Below, one piece after another: positions 11,206 to 20,850 of a DNA stretch of 64,000 nt (positions are counted from its first letter, which is position 1; every line of letters begins with the position of its first letter). The notes under the pieces were generated by a model. It was given only the letters and a program-made list of their open reading frames with translations. It was not told the origin of the DNA and made no database searches. Source of the stretch: Thermoanaerobaculia bacterium (GTDB lineage: Bacteria > Acidobacteriota > Thermoanaerobaculia > Multivoradales > Multivoraceae); contig OY761158.1 of the NCBI GenBank assembly GCA_963664405.1, forward strand, positions 768,001 to 832,000. Reading direction: 5' to 3'. The translations under genes were made by a program, and so were the position numbers.

Positions 11206-12240
11206 ATGGAACGATACCTTGGCATCGATCCCCACCGCGACAGCTGCACGCTGGCGTTGGTGAGCCCGCGAGGCAAGAAGGTCAAGCAGATGGTGGTGCC
11301 GACCGAAGGGTCGGAGCTGGTCAAGACGGTGCGGGAGCTTCGAGGGCCGCTGCACGTCTGTGTGGAAGAGGGCGAGTGGGGCGAGTGGATCTCAGAGATT
11401 CTGACACCGTGGGTGGCTCGCCTGGTGGTCTGTCGGCCCGAGAAGCGTCGAGGTCCGAAGAGCGATGCCTGCGATGCTCGGGAGCTGGCAGAGCGTCTGC
11501 GGACGAATCGGACGGGCCCGCCGGTGTACAAGCCCGGGCAGGAGTGGGCTCGTTTGCGCGAAGCGGTGCGCCTGGAGTCGAAGCTGACCCAGGATCTGAC
11601 TCGCACGAAGCTGCGCTTGAACAGCCTTTACCGTCGGCGGGGGGTGACGTGCCCCAACGGCGACCTCTACCTACCACGGCATCGCTCGAAGTGGGTAAAA
11701 CAGCTGCCTCCGAGCGGACGTCCGTGCGCGGAGATCTGGGGCGAGCAGATCGATTTGCTCGCAGAGCTCCACGAGAAAGCAGAGAAACAGATGCACGCTG
11801 CGGCTGCGCAGTTTCCGGTCTGGAGCACGCTGCAGACCGCACCGGGGATTGCCAAGAAGCGAGCCGCGATCCTGCTCGCAACGGTGGTCACACCGCACCG
11901 GTTTCGCACCAAGCGGCAGTTTTGGTCGTACTGTGGTCTGGGAATCGTGACTCGGAGCTCCTCGGACTGGGTCCAGCAGTCCGGGCACTGGGTGCGTGCA
12001 CCGGTGATCCAGACCCGCGGTTTGAATCGGGCATCCAACCGGCCGCTGAAAGCGGTCTTCAAGGGCGCGGCGCTCTCAGCGCGCACGATGTTGGCGCCCA
12101 ACCCCTTCCGCAACCACTACGACCGCATGCTAGAAGCCGGGACGAACCCGAACCTGGCGCAGCTGACGCTGGCGCGCAAGCTCGCGGCCATCGTTTTGGC
12201 GATGTGGAAGACCGAAAGCGAGTACAAACCCATGAGCTGA
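11206..12240 (+). CDS. IS110-family transposase (DEDD recombinase)
   Basis: RBS GGAAGGAGG; YLGIDPH, CVEEG, KSDACDA, LQTAPGI, FWSYCGL..RSSS, LARKLA. Confidence 0.93.
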   Translation: MERYLGIDPHRDSCTLALVSPRGKKVKQMVVPTEGSELVKTVRELRGPLHVCVEEGEWGEWISEILTPWVARLVVCRPEKRRGPKSDACDARELAERLRTNRTGPPVYKPGQEWARLREAVRLESKLTQDLTRTKLRLNSLYRRRGVTCPNGDLYLPRHRSKWVKQLPPSGRPCAEIWGEQIDLLAELHEKAEKQMHAAAAQFPVWSTLQTAPGIAKKRAAILLATVVTPHRFRTKRQFWSYCGLGIVTRSSSDWVQQSGHWVRAPVIQTRGLNRASNRPLKAVFKGAALSARTMLAPNPFRNHYDRMLEAGTNPNLAQLTLARKLAAIVLAMWKTESEYKPMS

Positions 12241-12613
12241 TCCACCCCTTCTCCGCTCCTTGCTCGAGCCGTCTGCAGGCTGACGTAGCTCAGGAGCCTG
12301 GATCGAGAGCGGGATCGGCAGCGAGATCGAAAGGTCGAGGGGAAGTCTCCACTGTCGTCATCGGCCCCATCGAAGACGGTGGAAGTCACCAGGCGCAAAC
12401 TAGGCCCCCTCACAGGACCGAAAGAAGAAATGGCCTAAGAGGCCCCGTTGGGAAGTTGGTCCACAAACCTAGTAGGACACCAAAACTCGCTTCTTATCTC
12501 CAACGCCGCACCGCTCACACAACCGATCTGAGGACCGAACTGCGCGTAGCGGACCGGCTCGGTAACGGAAAGTACCGCGCTCGATATCAAGTCGTCGAGG
12601 GCCTAGGAAAGAT

Positions 12614-13897
12614 GGCTCTTCAGGATTTCGTGTGGGCAACAGGCCTCGGGTAGAGATCGAGTCCTCCAAGATGGAAGTAGATGGCGTTACGGAATCGCTC
12701 CCGATTACGGAATCCTCGCGCGGCTCTTTTGATGTTCTGGATCTTGGTGTTGAGGCCCTCGGACATGGCGTTGGTGACGCCGGTCTTCATGGCGTTGACG
12801 ATGCCCCACAGGTAATGGCGTAGGGTTTTGGCCACCTTCTTGATGGGAGCGAGGCGGGAACGGATCGCCCAGGAGTACCAGGAGGCCCAGGCCTGTTCGG
12901 CGTCGTCCGCGGCGCTGGTCTCCCACACGGTCATCGCCAGCTCCTTGATCGCCCAGGCCCGTGCCGTTTTCAGTGCGCTATTGCGAAGCTCCTCGAAGCG
13001 AAGCTCCTGCTCCGAGGTCATGTGGTCGGGATTGCGCAACCAGAGGTAGCGAGTCCCACTGAGCCGATCGTCGCCATCCGAGCGAAGGTCTCGATGTTCC
13101 TGGCGACGGACACGATCGACGGCGTCACCCAGAAGCTTGGCGACGTGAAACTTGTCAAAGACGATGCGCTCAAGCGGCTTGTCGAGATGCTCGCTGGCCG
13201 CCGAGATGTAGGGGCCCCACATGTCCATCGCCAGCGTCTCCACCTGGCTAAGCCACGACGCTGGAGCACCTTGCAAAAACTTCCCTAGAGCTTCCCGACC
13301 CCGACCGTCCGCGACGTGAACCACCGTCCCGTGACTGCTGTCCACGACCACCGTGACGTACTCGTGCCGGCGTTGAAACGACGTCTCGTCTACACCCAGA
13401 TGGCGGGTCGGGCGCAGCGTTCTGCGGGCCAATCCTCGGCCCACGGCACGCTGCTGAACCCCGTCGATCTGATCCCAGCTCAAACGCAGAAGCCGGGCAA
13501 CAGCCGAGAGATTCGACTCTCCAAGCCAGTCGATCGCCAGCCGCTCGAACTGTGCCGTGAAGCCCGAGCCGACCTCGGCCCACGGCACACGAACCTGACG
13601 GACGCCGTGATCTCCGCACTTCACACGAGGAACCTCCGCGACCAGAACCGTCATGTACTGCATCGTGTCGAGGTGACGCCACTTGCGCTCACGCGTGTCG
13701 TAGCGCGGACTCGCCGCTCCGCATTCCGGACACGCTAGCTTCCGTGACCCGTTCTCCAAGTGCACTTCCACCGTCTCTGGACCTAGCTCGACATCTGTCA
13801 CATGCCACGGCTCCTCGATCCCAAGAAGCTGGGCGTAAAGCTCTCGATCTCGCATACTCGCAGCATACGATCAACCCACACGAAATCCTGAAGAGCC
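12614..13897 (-). mobile_element. ISL3-family insertion sequence
   Basis: Perfect 23-bp terminal IRs GGCTCTTCAGGATTTCGTGTGGG (12614-12636 and 13875-13897); 8-bp target duplication GGAAAGAT (12606-12613 and 13898-13905). Confidence 0.96.
12620..13855 (-). CDS. ISL3-family transposase
   Basis: CPECG zinc finger, LGVDETSF, AMDMW, IVFDKFHV, TNAMSEGLNTKIQ..ARGFRN. Confidence 0.96.
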   Translation of the reverse strand: MRDRELYAQLLGIEEPWHVTDVELGPETVEVHLENGSRKLACPECGAASPRYDTRERKWRHLDTMQYMTVLVAEVPRVKCGDHGVRQVRVPWAEVGSGFTAQFERLAIDWLGESNLSAVARLLRLSWDQIDGVQQRAVGRGLARRTLRPTRHLGVDETSFQRRHEYVTVVVDSSHGTVVHVADGRGREALGKFLQGAPASWLSQVETLAMDMWGPYISAASEHLDKPLERIVFDKFHVAKLLGDAVDRVRRQEHRDLRSDGDDRLSGTRYLWLRNPDHMTSEQELRFEELRNSALKTARAWAIKELAMTVWETSAADDAEQAWASWYSWAIRSRLAPIKKVAKTLRHYLWGIVNAMKTGVTNAMSEGLNTKIQNIKRAARGFRNRERFRNAIYFHLGGLDLYPRPVAHTKS

Positions 13898-13968
13898 GGA
13901 AAGATTTGTCTTGACATCTCATCCCTTGGGAAACGACAGCCATAGCTCGATCCGCATAAAGAGACGCA

Positions 13969-14898
13969 ATGAAGACATTGAAGCGTATTACCCTGCTCGG
14001 AATACTCATGACAGCACTCGTGGCCTGCCCGGCTGCGCCCCCGGGGAGCTCGACTGATGAGGAGGCTGCCGTAAGGAGGGGCACACAGAGATTTCTGAAG
14101 GCCCACAGCCTCAAAGACTGGCCTGCTGTCGCTGCGACGTATACGGAGGACGCCGTTCTCCATCCACCCAACGCAGGCCCGGTGAAGGGCCGGGACGAGA
14201 TTCAAGAGTGGTTCGAAGCGAACGAGCAGTACACGAGCCTGGATCTGGAGATAGCCGAGATCGATGTCCGTGCGGACCTGGCCTACGTCTGGGGACTCTC
14301 CACGATAACGATCGAGGAACCAGGAAGAGAGCCGGTGGTCCTTTCGGGAAAGTACTTGGACATTCGACGGAAGCAGCCCGATGGCGACTGGCTGATCTCC
14401 GTCGATATGTTCAGCCCGAGTGAAGAATTAGGTGTAACAAATGTCGTCGGGTCAGTCGAGCCCTACGTCCAGAGCTGGGAGGAAGGAGAGATGCTCGTCG
14501 ACTCGAAGGGTCGAAAGACGTTCATCAAGGTCAGCCCTGAAACCGGAGCCCAGAGCCTGGCGTTTTTTGTTCAGCAGATGCCCTCGGGTTCCGGAATCAA
14601 GGTCCACCGACACAGCCGTGCAGAGGAAGTGCTGTTCGTACACGAGGGCTCCGGGACCTTTGTCGTGGGCGACGGGCGCGTACCCGTCGAGAAGGGGGCC
14701 ACGGTCTTTGTCCCGCCCGGCGTGTGGCATGGCTTCGAGAACCCAGACGAGCAGGTCGACCTGGCCTTCGTGGTGACACCAACCGGGCTGGAAGGTCTCT
14801 TTCGAGAGCTGTTCTGGCGCGAAGGCGAGGAGCCGAAGGTGTTCACTCCCTCGGAGATCGAGGAGATCGAACGCAAGCACGGCCAGCCCAGTCGCTGA
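13969..14898 (+). CDS. Putative lipoprotein: SnoaL/DUF4440-like (NTF2 fold) domain fused to a cupin
   Basis: Lipobox-like LVAC; YTEDAVLHPP..GKYLDIRRKQPDGDW; cupin HRHSRAEE..VPPGVWHGFEN. Confidence 0.8.
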   Translation: MKTLKRITLLGILMTALVACPAAPPGSSTDEEAAVRRGTQRFLKAHSLKDWPAVAATYTEDAVLHPPNAGPVKGRDEIQEWFEANEQYTSLDLEIAEIDVRADLAYVWGLSTITIEEPGREPVVLSGKYLDIRRKQPDGDWLISVDMFSPSEELGVTNVVGSVEPYVQSWEEGEMLVDSKGRKTFIKVSPETGAQSLAFFVQQMPSGSGIKVHRHSRAEEVLFVHEGSGTFVVGDGRVPVEKGATVFVPPGVWHGFENPDEQVDLAFVVTPTGLEGLFRELFWREGEEPKVFTPSEIEEIERKHGQPSR

Positions 14899-14904
14899 CG
14901 CTGC

Positions 14905-14931
14905 CGTCGCGATTCATGGCGCAGCGCGACA
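14905..14931 (+). repeat. 27-bp site (last copy seen)
   Basis: CGTCGC-gattcatggcgcagc-GCGACA-CGCATAGCTCG, a few bases after the stop codon at 14898. Confidence 0.8.
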
Positions 14932-15033
14932 CGCATAGCTCGACCCGAATAAGTACCCAGAAAAGGCTCTCTAGAGCCGGCTCTCAGCGAGGAGCTGGCG
15001 ATGCCCTCCCGCCAGTCTTTGATGGACTGTGCC

Positions 15034-15123
15034 ATGAGATACCAACACAAACGTGAGCCACTGTCGATTGAGGAAGCCGATCGAATCATCAACGCCTGCG
15101 AGACAATGGAGGAGAAGATCGCG
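15034..15123 (+). pseudogene. Probable N-terminal remnant of a short tyrosine recombinase/integrase
   Basis: MRYQHKREPLSIEEADRIINACETMEEKIA resembles the start of a phage-integrase catalytic domain just before the LLxTGLR box, which is missing. Recognised from memory, not by search. Confidence 0.55.
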
Positions 15124-15453
15124 TTGGGGCAATCCCTTCACCGAGCATCACCTTCATCCAGAGTCGGCTTGCCGATAGGTTCGCTTGAACCTCTCGCCTA
15201 CCTGCACCTCGACGTTCCAGCCTTCGACGAGGACACCGAGCTCCGGAGATGGTGCATCCAGTGGAAGGCCGAGAACCGGGTATTCGGTGAACAGAGTGTC
15301 GAGGAACGGCACCACGAAGGCGTCATACCGCTCCGAATCCGAGGCATGGTTCTCCCAGAGCGAAATCAGCAATGTCCTCGCATCGTCCGACTCAGCAACC
15401 CTAGATACGCGCCACGCGCCCCAAGAGCGCTCAAAGAGGCACTCGCTCGACCT

Positions 15454-15993
15454 TCATCTTGGCTTTAGTCTCGCGCGGATGTACTCACATGCGTTGTCAG
15501 TGCACCGCGACAGGACGAACCTGCCGTCCGTGATCACGGCTCTCACCGTGTGGGCGGTGATGACCTCGCCGTCTATCAACAGGGCGACGTTCTTGCCGAG
15601 ATTCTCGCGAGACATGCGTTCGGCAGTGGCTGCTGCCCTAGGGGTGAGCGTGAAGGACAGCTCCGTAGTCCCCAGCCGCCCTTGCCACGATCGTACGGGT
15701 TCTGCCAACTCTAGAGGGACATCGGCGTGCTCGTGGAGGATGAAGTACCTTGCTGGGCGCGCCTCATCCTCGCGCAGGAACTTGTGGTCGTGCTTTGTGA
15801 CCTGCTCTCCGGGGCCTAGAGGTCGGAGATCCTCCTTTGAGCTAGCCTCTGCGAGGATGAGAAACATCCCGGTGTCGGAACCGGTGTCTTCTTGTGCGAA
15901 TGTCGTAGCAGCCCCGATGCCCACCCATGCGCCAACAACAGCGATCAAGGCAACGAGCAGCAGCCGCTGCGAGACTTTGTGGATGTCAGTCAC
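15454..15993 (-). CDS. Exported protein with a SecD/SecF P1-head-like domain
   Basis: Signal peptide; LSFTLTPRAA..ENLGKNVALLIDGEVITAHTVRAVITDG. Confidence 0.65.
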   Translation of the reverse strand: MTDIHKVSQRLLLVALIAVVGAWVGIGAATTFAQEDTGSDTGMFLILAEASSKEDLRPLGPGEQVTKHDHKFLREDEARPARYFILHEHADVPLELAEPVRSWQGRLGTTELSFTLTPRAAATAERMSRENLGKNVALLIDGEVITAHTVRAVITDGRFVLSRCTDNACEYIRARLKPR

Positions 15994-16228
15994 TTCGATC
16001 CTCTATCAATACTACTACCGGGGCCGTGGCATGCGCCTTGTAGAGGAGGGGCGGGGCGGCAGTACTCCGCCGAAGGGGTGGCCCCACCTTCTCCCGAGTA
16101 GCCCGGTGGCACACATTGTCGTGGAAGGTGAAAGCAGGAAGCCACTGTTGAATCGCTTACGCTGCCGCCTCGGGTAGGATCCCAACGCACCGGATTCGCT
16201 AGAACCCACTAAGTAGGGCACCCGCGGG

Positions 16229-16507
16229 GGCAGTGTCAAGTTGAGGCGGTCGCAGTCAGACTGGACCGATGAAGAACGACAAACCCAGCTACTGCGGATA
16301 CCGGTTCCCTCCCGAGATCATCAGCCATGCCGTGTGGCTCTACTACCGATTCTGTATGGGCTTCCGAGATGTCGAGGATCTCATGTCGGAGCGCGGGATC
16401 ACCGTCTCCTACGAGACGATCCGCCAGTGGTGCTGGAAGTTCGGCACCGAGTACGCCAGAAAGCTGAAGCGGAGAGAAGGGCGATTAGGTGACACTTGGT
16501 TCCTAGA
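16229..16507 (+). mobile_element. IS6-family remnant (left IR and truncated transposase)
   Basis: GGCAGTGTCAAGTT IR at 16229; ATG at 16269 gives YRFPPEIISHAVWLYYRF..RDVEDLMSERGITVSYETIRQWC..WFLD, then similarity ends. Confidence 0.88.
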
Positions 16508-16631
16508 TCGACGATTCGAGCGGGCTTCCGGATTGGGATGGGGAGTCTCTCGAGCTCGAGTGGGCGGTCGACGCTCTGCGGCTGATCAATTGAGGGATCT
16601 CGTATCCCAGAAGTTTTTGGGGTCCTGCCCC

Positions 16632-16807
16632 TAGACCAGCGTTTCCAAGGTTCGCGCACATATCTCGGCCCCTTCTGCCCGCTGGCGGCGTTGGCTAGGC
16701 GCCCCCGCGCTCCTCGACATATTGCCCAATATGCCTGCGTCGCCGCGCCTGGCCAGCGAACAGAATGACCTCGAGCTATGTGCACGAACTTTGGAAACGC
16801 TGGTCTA
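16632..16807. mobile_element. MITE-like element
   Basis: 31-bp terminal IRs (29/31 identical) TAGACCAGCGTTTCCAAGGTTCGCGCACATA, ending in TA; central motif CCTCGACATA-N8-TATGCCTGCGTC. Confidence 0.8.
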
Positions 16808-18769
16808 ATGATAGTAAGCCATGCACCCAGGCTCTACCTTCTGCAACAATCCCGGCGAGTATTCGTCCCGGTTCCAGAACTCTTTCTTCGCTTGGCAGTT
16901 GATCAGAGTCGAGACCCCCTCACGAGCGGCAATTTCGTAGGCCCGTTTCAGCGTCGGTAGCAGCTCATTTGCATCGGTCACGTATTCGCCCCGCGCACCC
17001 AAGCCCTCGGCGATCTTGTCGTAGCGCAGGTTCTCCTGGAAGAGATACATATGCAGCGACCGAGCGGTCCGAGTACCCGCCTGCCATACACCCCACGCAT
17101 TGTTGTTGTAGACCACCAAGACCACCGGTAGCTTGTACTTGGCCAGAGTCTCCATCTCCATCACTGAATAGGCGATACCCGCGTCTCCGGTAACTGCCAC
17201 CACCGGCGCACCTCGGTGCGCAGCTTGGGCGCCAACGCCGTTTTGGACGGCCGCGGCGGCTCCGACCGCGTACCCCACGTCGGGGCCGATGGCGCCGTAT
17301 TGGTAGGCGCCGTTGAGGATTTGACCAGGGCGATAGGAGCGAACGTAGCGCCGAACATAACGAGCGATTCCATAGCCACCCGCGACGAAGGTGGTCTGCT
17401 CCGGCGGTAGGTCTCCACTGCTCATCAGATCAGAGAGAGCCTTGCCGATCATCGCTGGATGTACTAATCCCGACTCGGCACTGTACTTCGCACCCAAGGC
17501 CGCGTACTCGTCGTTCTCTTTCTGGAACTTCGCCCGAGCCGAGGCCAGCTCGGCACGCCACGCCTCACGCCGGGCCGGAGCGACCGCCTCCGTCAACGCC
17601 TCGAGGGCGGCACGCTCGCCGCTGACCATTCCCAGATCGATCGGAAGGTTGCGACCGATATCGGCGGCGTCGGGATCGATGCGGATGTAGCGCGCATCGG
17701 GATCGAAGGCGTACTCGCCAATGCCGGGCATGCAGTACTGCCCCACCAAAATCACCAGGTCGACCGAGAGCAGCGCGTCCGGCGCCGTGCTCGCGGACAG
17801 CGGGTGTGCATCGGAGAAGTGGCCACGACTCGGCCCCGACTCGACAACCGCGATATCCGCCTTCTCCGCCACCGCCTTCAAAGCATCCCAAGCTTTGTCG
17901 TAAAAGCACCCCGTGCTGGCCACGATCATCGGGCGCTCCGACTTGCGGATCATCTCCGCCGCCTTGGCGATGTCGGCCGGAGCGGGATGGGGTCTCGCCT
18001 CGGTCCGGTACCTCGACTTGTCATGGAAGAACTCGAGCTCCTCGGGGTCTTCGAAGCGGGCGCGGGCCACTTCCCCCGGGAAGTCCAAGTGAACCGGCCG
18101 AGGTACGCCCGTCTTCAGCTGACGAAACGCATAGGCGGCGTACTCGTGGACCCGACTCGGAGTGATCAGCCTCTTTCCCCACTTCTTCAGCCCCTCTGTC
18201 GTCGGCTGCTGGTAACCACGCTGAATGTTGCGCTCGGTGTCGTCACCTCCCAACGACATATTGCTGGCGAGAACCAAGAGAGGGGTGCGTGCCGAGTTCG
18301 CCGCACCGATGTTCATGATCATGTTGGTGAAACCCGGTCCCTCGGTACCGGAACACGCAGCAACCTCCCCGCTCACCCGGATGAATCCGTCGGCGGCAGC
18401 ACACATCATTCCCTCGGTACGTCCGCCATAGGTGGGGATACCTTCAGCGGCAATAGCGTTGATCACCTGATAGTTGCCAGGGCAGCAGAACAACCCTGCC
18501 AGGCCTTCGGCGTTACAGGCCTTGGCAAAGACCTGAGCACCCGTCATCGGGAACTCGGCGGGCTGCGCCGCCTCGCGCTGGGTCTTGGGGATCTCGTCGG
18601 GAATGCGAACATCGGTATCAACGACATCGGCAGCCGCGCCGAGCGCAGCCTTGGCGGCGCCAAGAGCGGCGACGGCGGCGCCTCCGGTAGCAGACTTCTT
18701 CAGGAAGCCTCGCCGCGAAACACCCTCCGACGACTCGCCCTCATGATTCTTTTCGTCGCTCATGCTCAC
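16805..18769 (-). CDS. Thiamine-pyrophosphate-binding enzyme (ALS/2-hydroxyacyl-CoA lyase superfamily) with a Tat signal
   Basis: SRRGFLK plus hydrophobic stretch; [41 protein letters not shown] motif. Confidence 0.9.
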   Translation of the reverse strand: MSMSDEKNHEGESSEGVSRRGFLKKSATGGAAVAALGAAKAALGAAADVVDTDVRIPDEIPKTQREAAQPAEFPMTGAQVFAKACNAEGLAGLFCCPGNYQVINAIAAEGIPTYGGRTEGMMCAAADGFIRVSGEVAACSGTEGPGFTNMIMNIGAANSARTPLLVLASNMSLGGDDTERNIQRGYQQPTTEGLKKWGKRLITPSRVHEYAAYAFRQLKTGVPRPVHLDFPGEVARARFEDPEELEFFHDKSRYRTEARPHPAPADIAKAAEMIRKSERPMIVASTGCFYDKAWDALKAVAEKADIAVVESGPSRGHFSDAHPLSASTAPDALLSVDLVILVGQYCMPGIGEYAFDPDARYIRIDPDAADIGRNLPIDLGMVSGERAALEALTEAVAPARREAWRAELASARAKFQKENDEYAALGAKYSAESGLVHPAMIGKALSDLMSSGDLPPEQTTFVAGGYGIARYVRRYVRSYRPGQILNGAYQYGAIGPDVGYAVGAAAAVQNGVGAQAAHRGAPVVAVTGDAGIAYSVMEMETLAKYKLPVVLVVYNNNAWGVWQAGTRTARSLHMYLFQENLRYDKIAEGLGARGEYVTDANELLPTLKRAYEIAAREGVSTLINCQAKKEFWNRDEYSPGLLQKVEPGCMAYYH

Positions 18770-18784
18770 TCCTTTTTCCTGCCG

Positions 18785-19237
18785 CTATGAGTCCCCGGCC
18801 TCCGCCGTCGGCCTCTCAGCCTTGGGGTCGATACTCCGTATGAAGCTCACCACCTGCCAAACTTGCTCATCGCTCAATTTGTCGCCGAAGCCCGGCATGT
18901 CGATCCCCGCCCCGGACGCGATGGTGTAGAAGACATCCCCTGCACTGGATCCGTGAACGTAGCGCTCGGGAGCCGTCAGATCCGTCGCCTCGAAGTCGAA
19001 GTTGTCCAACGCACGACCATCCTTGCCGTGACAGTTCTGGCACAGGCGCAGGTAATGCTTGCGGCCCTCCCGCACCAACTCCTTGGTGTAAGGCAGCGGG
19101 TTCTCCAGTCTGCCGGCATCCACCCGGCTGAGCTCCCGCACCTCCTCACCGCCCAAGGCAGCAACAGCGACAAACAAAACCACCCAAGCCTGGACAGCGA
19201 TACCGGCCGCTGCCCCCCGTCGTAGACTTCGATTCAT
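18785..19237 (-). CDS. Monoheme cytochrome c
   Basis: Signal peptide, CQNCHG heme motif, MPGF, LSDEQVWQVVSFIRS. Confidence 0.9.
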   Translation of the reverse strand: MNRSLRRGAAAGIAVQAWVVLFVAVAALGGEEVRELSRVDAGRLENPLPYTKELVREGRKHYLRLCQNCHGKDGRALDNFDFEATDLTAPERYVHGSSAGDVFYTIASGAGIDMPGFGDKLSDEQVWQVVSFIRSIDPKAERPTAEAGDS

Positions 19238-19318
19238 AGTCAGAACTCTTCCATTCTAGACCACCCGGCGTCCCCGCATCTCCAGAGCAGAAGGCTACGG
19301 CTACAATCGCTTCAACCG

Positions 19319-19636
19319 ATGGCCCTTTCGCAAGACGTCGCCGACTCACCCTTCCTCGCGGCGAGCGCAGGCGGTCCCCTCCTTCGCGTGCACGTCGTCC
19401 CCGGAGCTGCCCACACCGAGATCGTCGGCCTTCATGGCGACCGCCTCAAGATCAAAGTGCGCTCACGCCCCCACGACGGCGCCGCCAACCGCGAACTATT
19501 GCGCTTCGTCTGTGAAGAACTGGCGATCAAGAGCAGCCAGATCGAGCTCGTCAGCGGAGCTTCTTCACGTCGCAAGTCCCTCCTCCTTCCAGCCTCGGCG
19601 GCGGTCCTCTCTAGAGCGAAGGCGCTCGCAGGATAG
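19319..19636 (+). CDS. DUF167 (YggU-like) protein
   Basis: LRVHVVPGA..LKIKV..DGAANRELL..ELVSGASSRRK. Confidence 0.88.
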   Translation: MALSQDVADSPFLAASAGGPLLRVHVVPGAAHTEIVGLHGDRLKIKVRSRPHDGAANRELLRFVCEELAIKSSQIELVSGASSRRKSLLLPASAAVLSRAKALAG

Positions 19637-19641
19637 AGAAT

Positions 19642-20850
19642 GTGAGCGCTCCACCTTCCCTGCGCGTGCTCTACGCCAGCACCAAATGCCCCTGGCCACC
19701 GATCGACGGCGGACGTCTGGTACTACTCGAGACTTTGAAGGCACTGCTGGGAGCCGGGATACGCGCGTCCCTGGTCTGCCCACCGCCGCTCGAAGAAGGC
19801 GCCGGACCCGGGGAGCTGGAAGGACTCCACACGGTTTGGGCCCCCGGACGCAAGCTCCCGTGGCTGCTCACGCTGCTCCGCCCCTATTACCCCGCCACGG
19901 TTGCTCGGCATGCGAGCGCGACAGCGCGGGCGGGGGTTCTCGAGTGTCTTCGCTCTCACCGACCCGACGTGGGCCACGCTGAACAGCTTCACACGATCCC
20001 CAATCTTCGACCCGCCATCGACGCCGGGATCCCCACTCTTCTGCGAGCGCAGAACGTCGAGAGTGACTTGTGGAAGGGGGCCGCCGCCGCGAGCGGTCTT
20101 GGGGCCCCCTGGCTGCGCTACCAGGCACGACAGATCGCTCGCTTCGAAGCCGCAAGCACGAGGCGCCTGCTGACGGTCGCGATCGCCGACACCGACGCAG
20201 AGCGCCTGCGAAGCCTCGCCGGCGAGGAGGGCCGTGTAACTTCGATCCCTGCGCCCTTTCCAGCCGAGCTCCCGGCGCGCACATCCAACCTCGATGGAGA
20301 TCCGAGCGTCGTTATCGTGGGTGGAGGATGGGTCCCCAACTCAGAAGGCGCCCGCTGGTTTCTCAGCAGTGTCTGGCCCGAAGTGCACGCGCGACTGCCC
20401 GGAGCACGCCTTCACCTCTTCGCGGACGAGCCGGTCGATCTTCCGCCAGGCTGCGTGCTCCGAGCGCAGCCTCCAAACAGCGAAGAGCTCTTTCCCATCG
20501 GCTCCATTCTGGCCGTGCCCCTGCGCATCGCCTCCGGCGTACGGATGAAGATACTCGAAGCGTGGGCCCGCGGCGTGCCGGTCGTCGCCACACCCGAAGC
20601 GGCCCGGGGGCTCGAGGCTCGCAACGGCGAGGAGTTGCTCGTAGCCTCGTCACCCGAGGGTTTCGCCGAGGCGATCGGAGCTCTCAGCAGCCGACCCGAG
20701 CTGCGCGCCAAGCTCGCGGCTGCAGGACGTGCCCTCTTGCGGCGGCGCCACGATCCCGCTCGGGTCGCCAAGCAATGGCTCGAGATCTACCAGGAGCTCG
20801 CTGCCACCGGCCGGCCTCAGACCGCGAGCAAAACACCGGCCGACGGCTGA
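19642..20850 (+). CDS. Glycosyltransferase family 4
   Basis: PWPPIDGG, AQNVES, PLRIASGVRMKILEAWARGVPVVAT. Confidence 0.88.
   Translation: MSAPPSLRVLYASTKCPWPPIDGGRLVLLETLKALLGAGIRASLVCPPPLEEGAGPGELEGLHTVWAPGRKLPWLLTLLRPYYPATVARHASATARAGVLECLRSHRPDVGHAEQLHTIPNLRPAIDAGIPTLLRAQNVESDLWKGAAAASGLGAPWLRYQARQIARFEAASTRRLLTVAIADTDAERLRSLAGEEGRVTSIPAPFPAELPARTSNLDGDPSVVIVGGGWVPNSEGARWFLSSVWPEVHARLPGARLHLFADEPVDLPPGCVLRAQPPNSEELFPIGSILAVPLRIASGVRMKILEAWARGVPVVATPEAARGLEARNGEELLVASSPEGFAEAIGALSSRPELRAKLAAAGRALLRRRHDPARVAKQWLEIYQELAATGRPQTASKTPADG

Larger units (their letters stand above)
11076..13930 (+). mobile_element. IS110-family element inserted within a 27-bp site and carrying a nested ISL3
   Basis: Left flank TGTCGT-gatttgtggcgcaaa (11055-11075) and right flank aaACGACA (13931-13938) rejoin into one site. 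TTGACA lies at 13911-13916 near the right end and CATCAT at the left end. Ends are uncertain by 1-2 bp. Confidence 0.78.

Noticed and set aside
10857-12653. 598-aa ORF overlapping the IS110 transposase
   Set aside because: Alternative-frame, low-complexity product typical of GC-rich DNA.
15154-15372. 72-aa minus-strand ORF
   Set aside because: No credible start or recognisable motif; probably a fragment.
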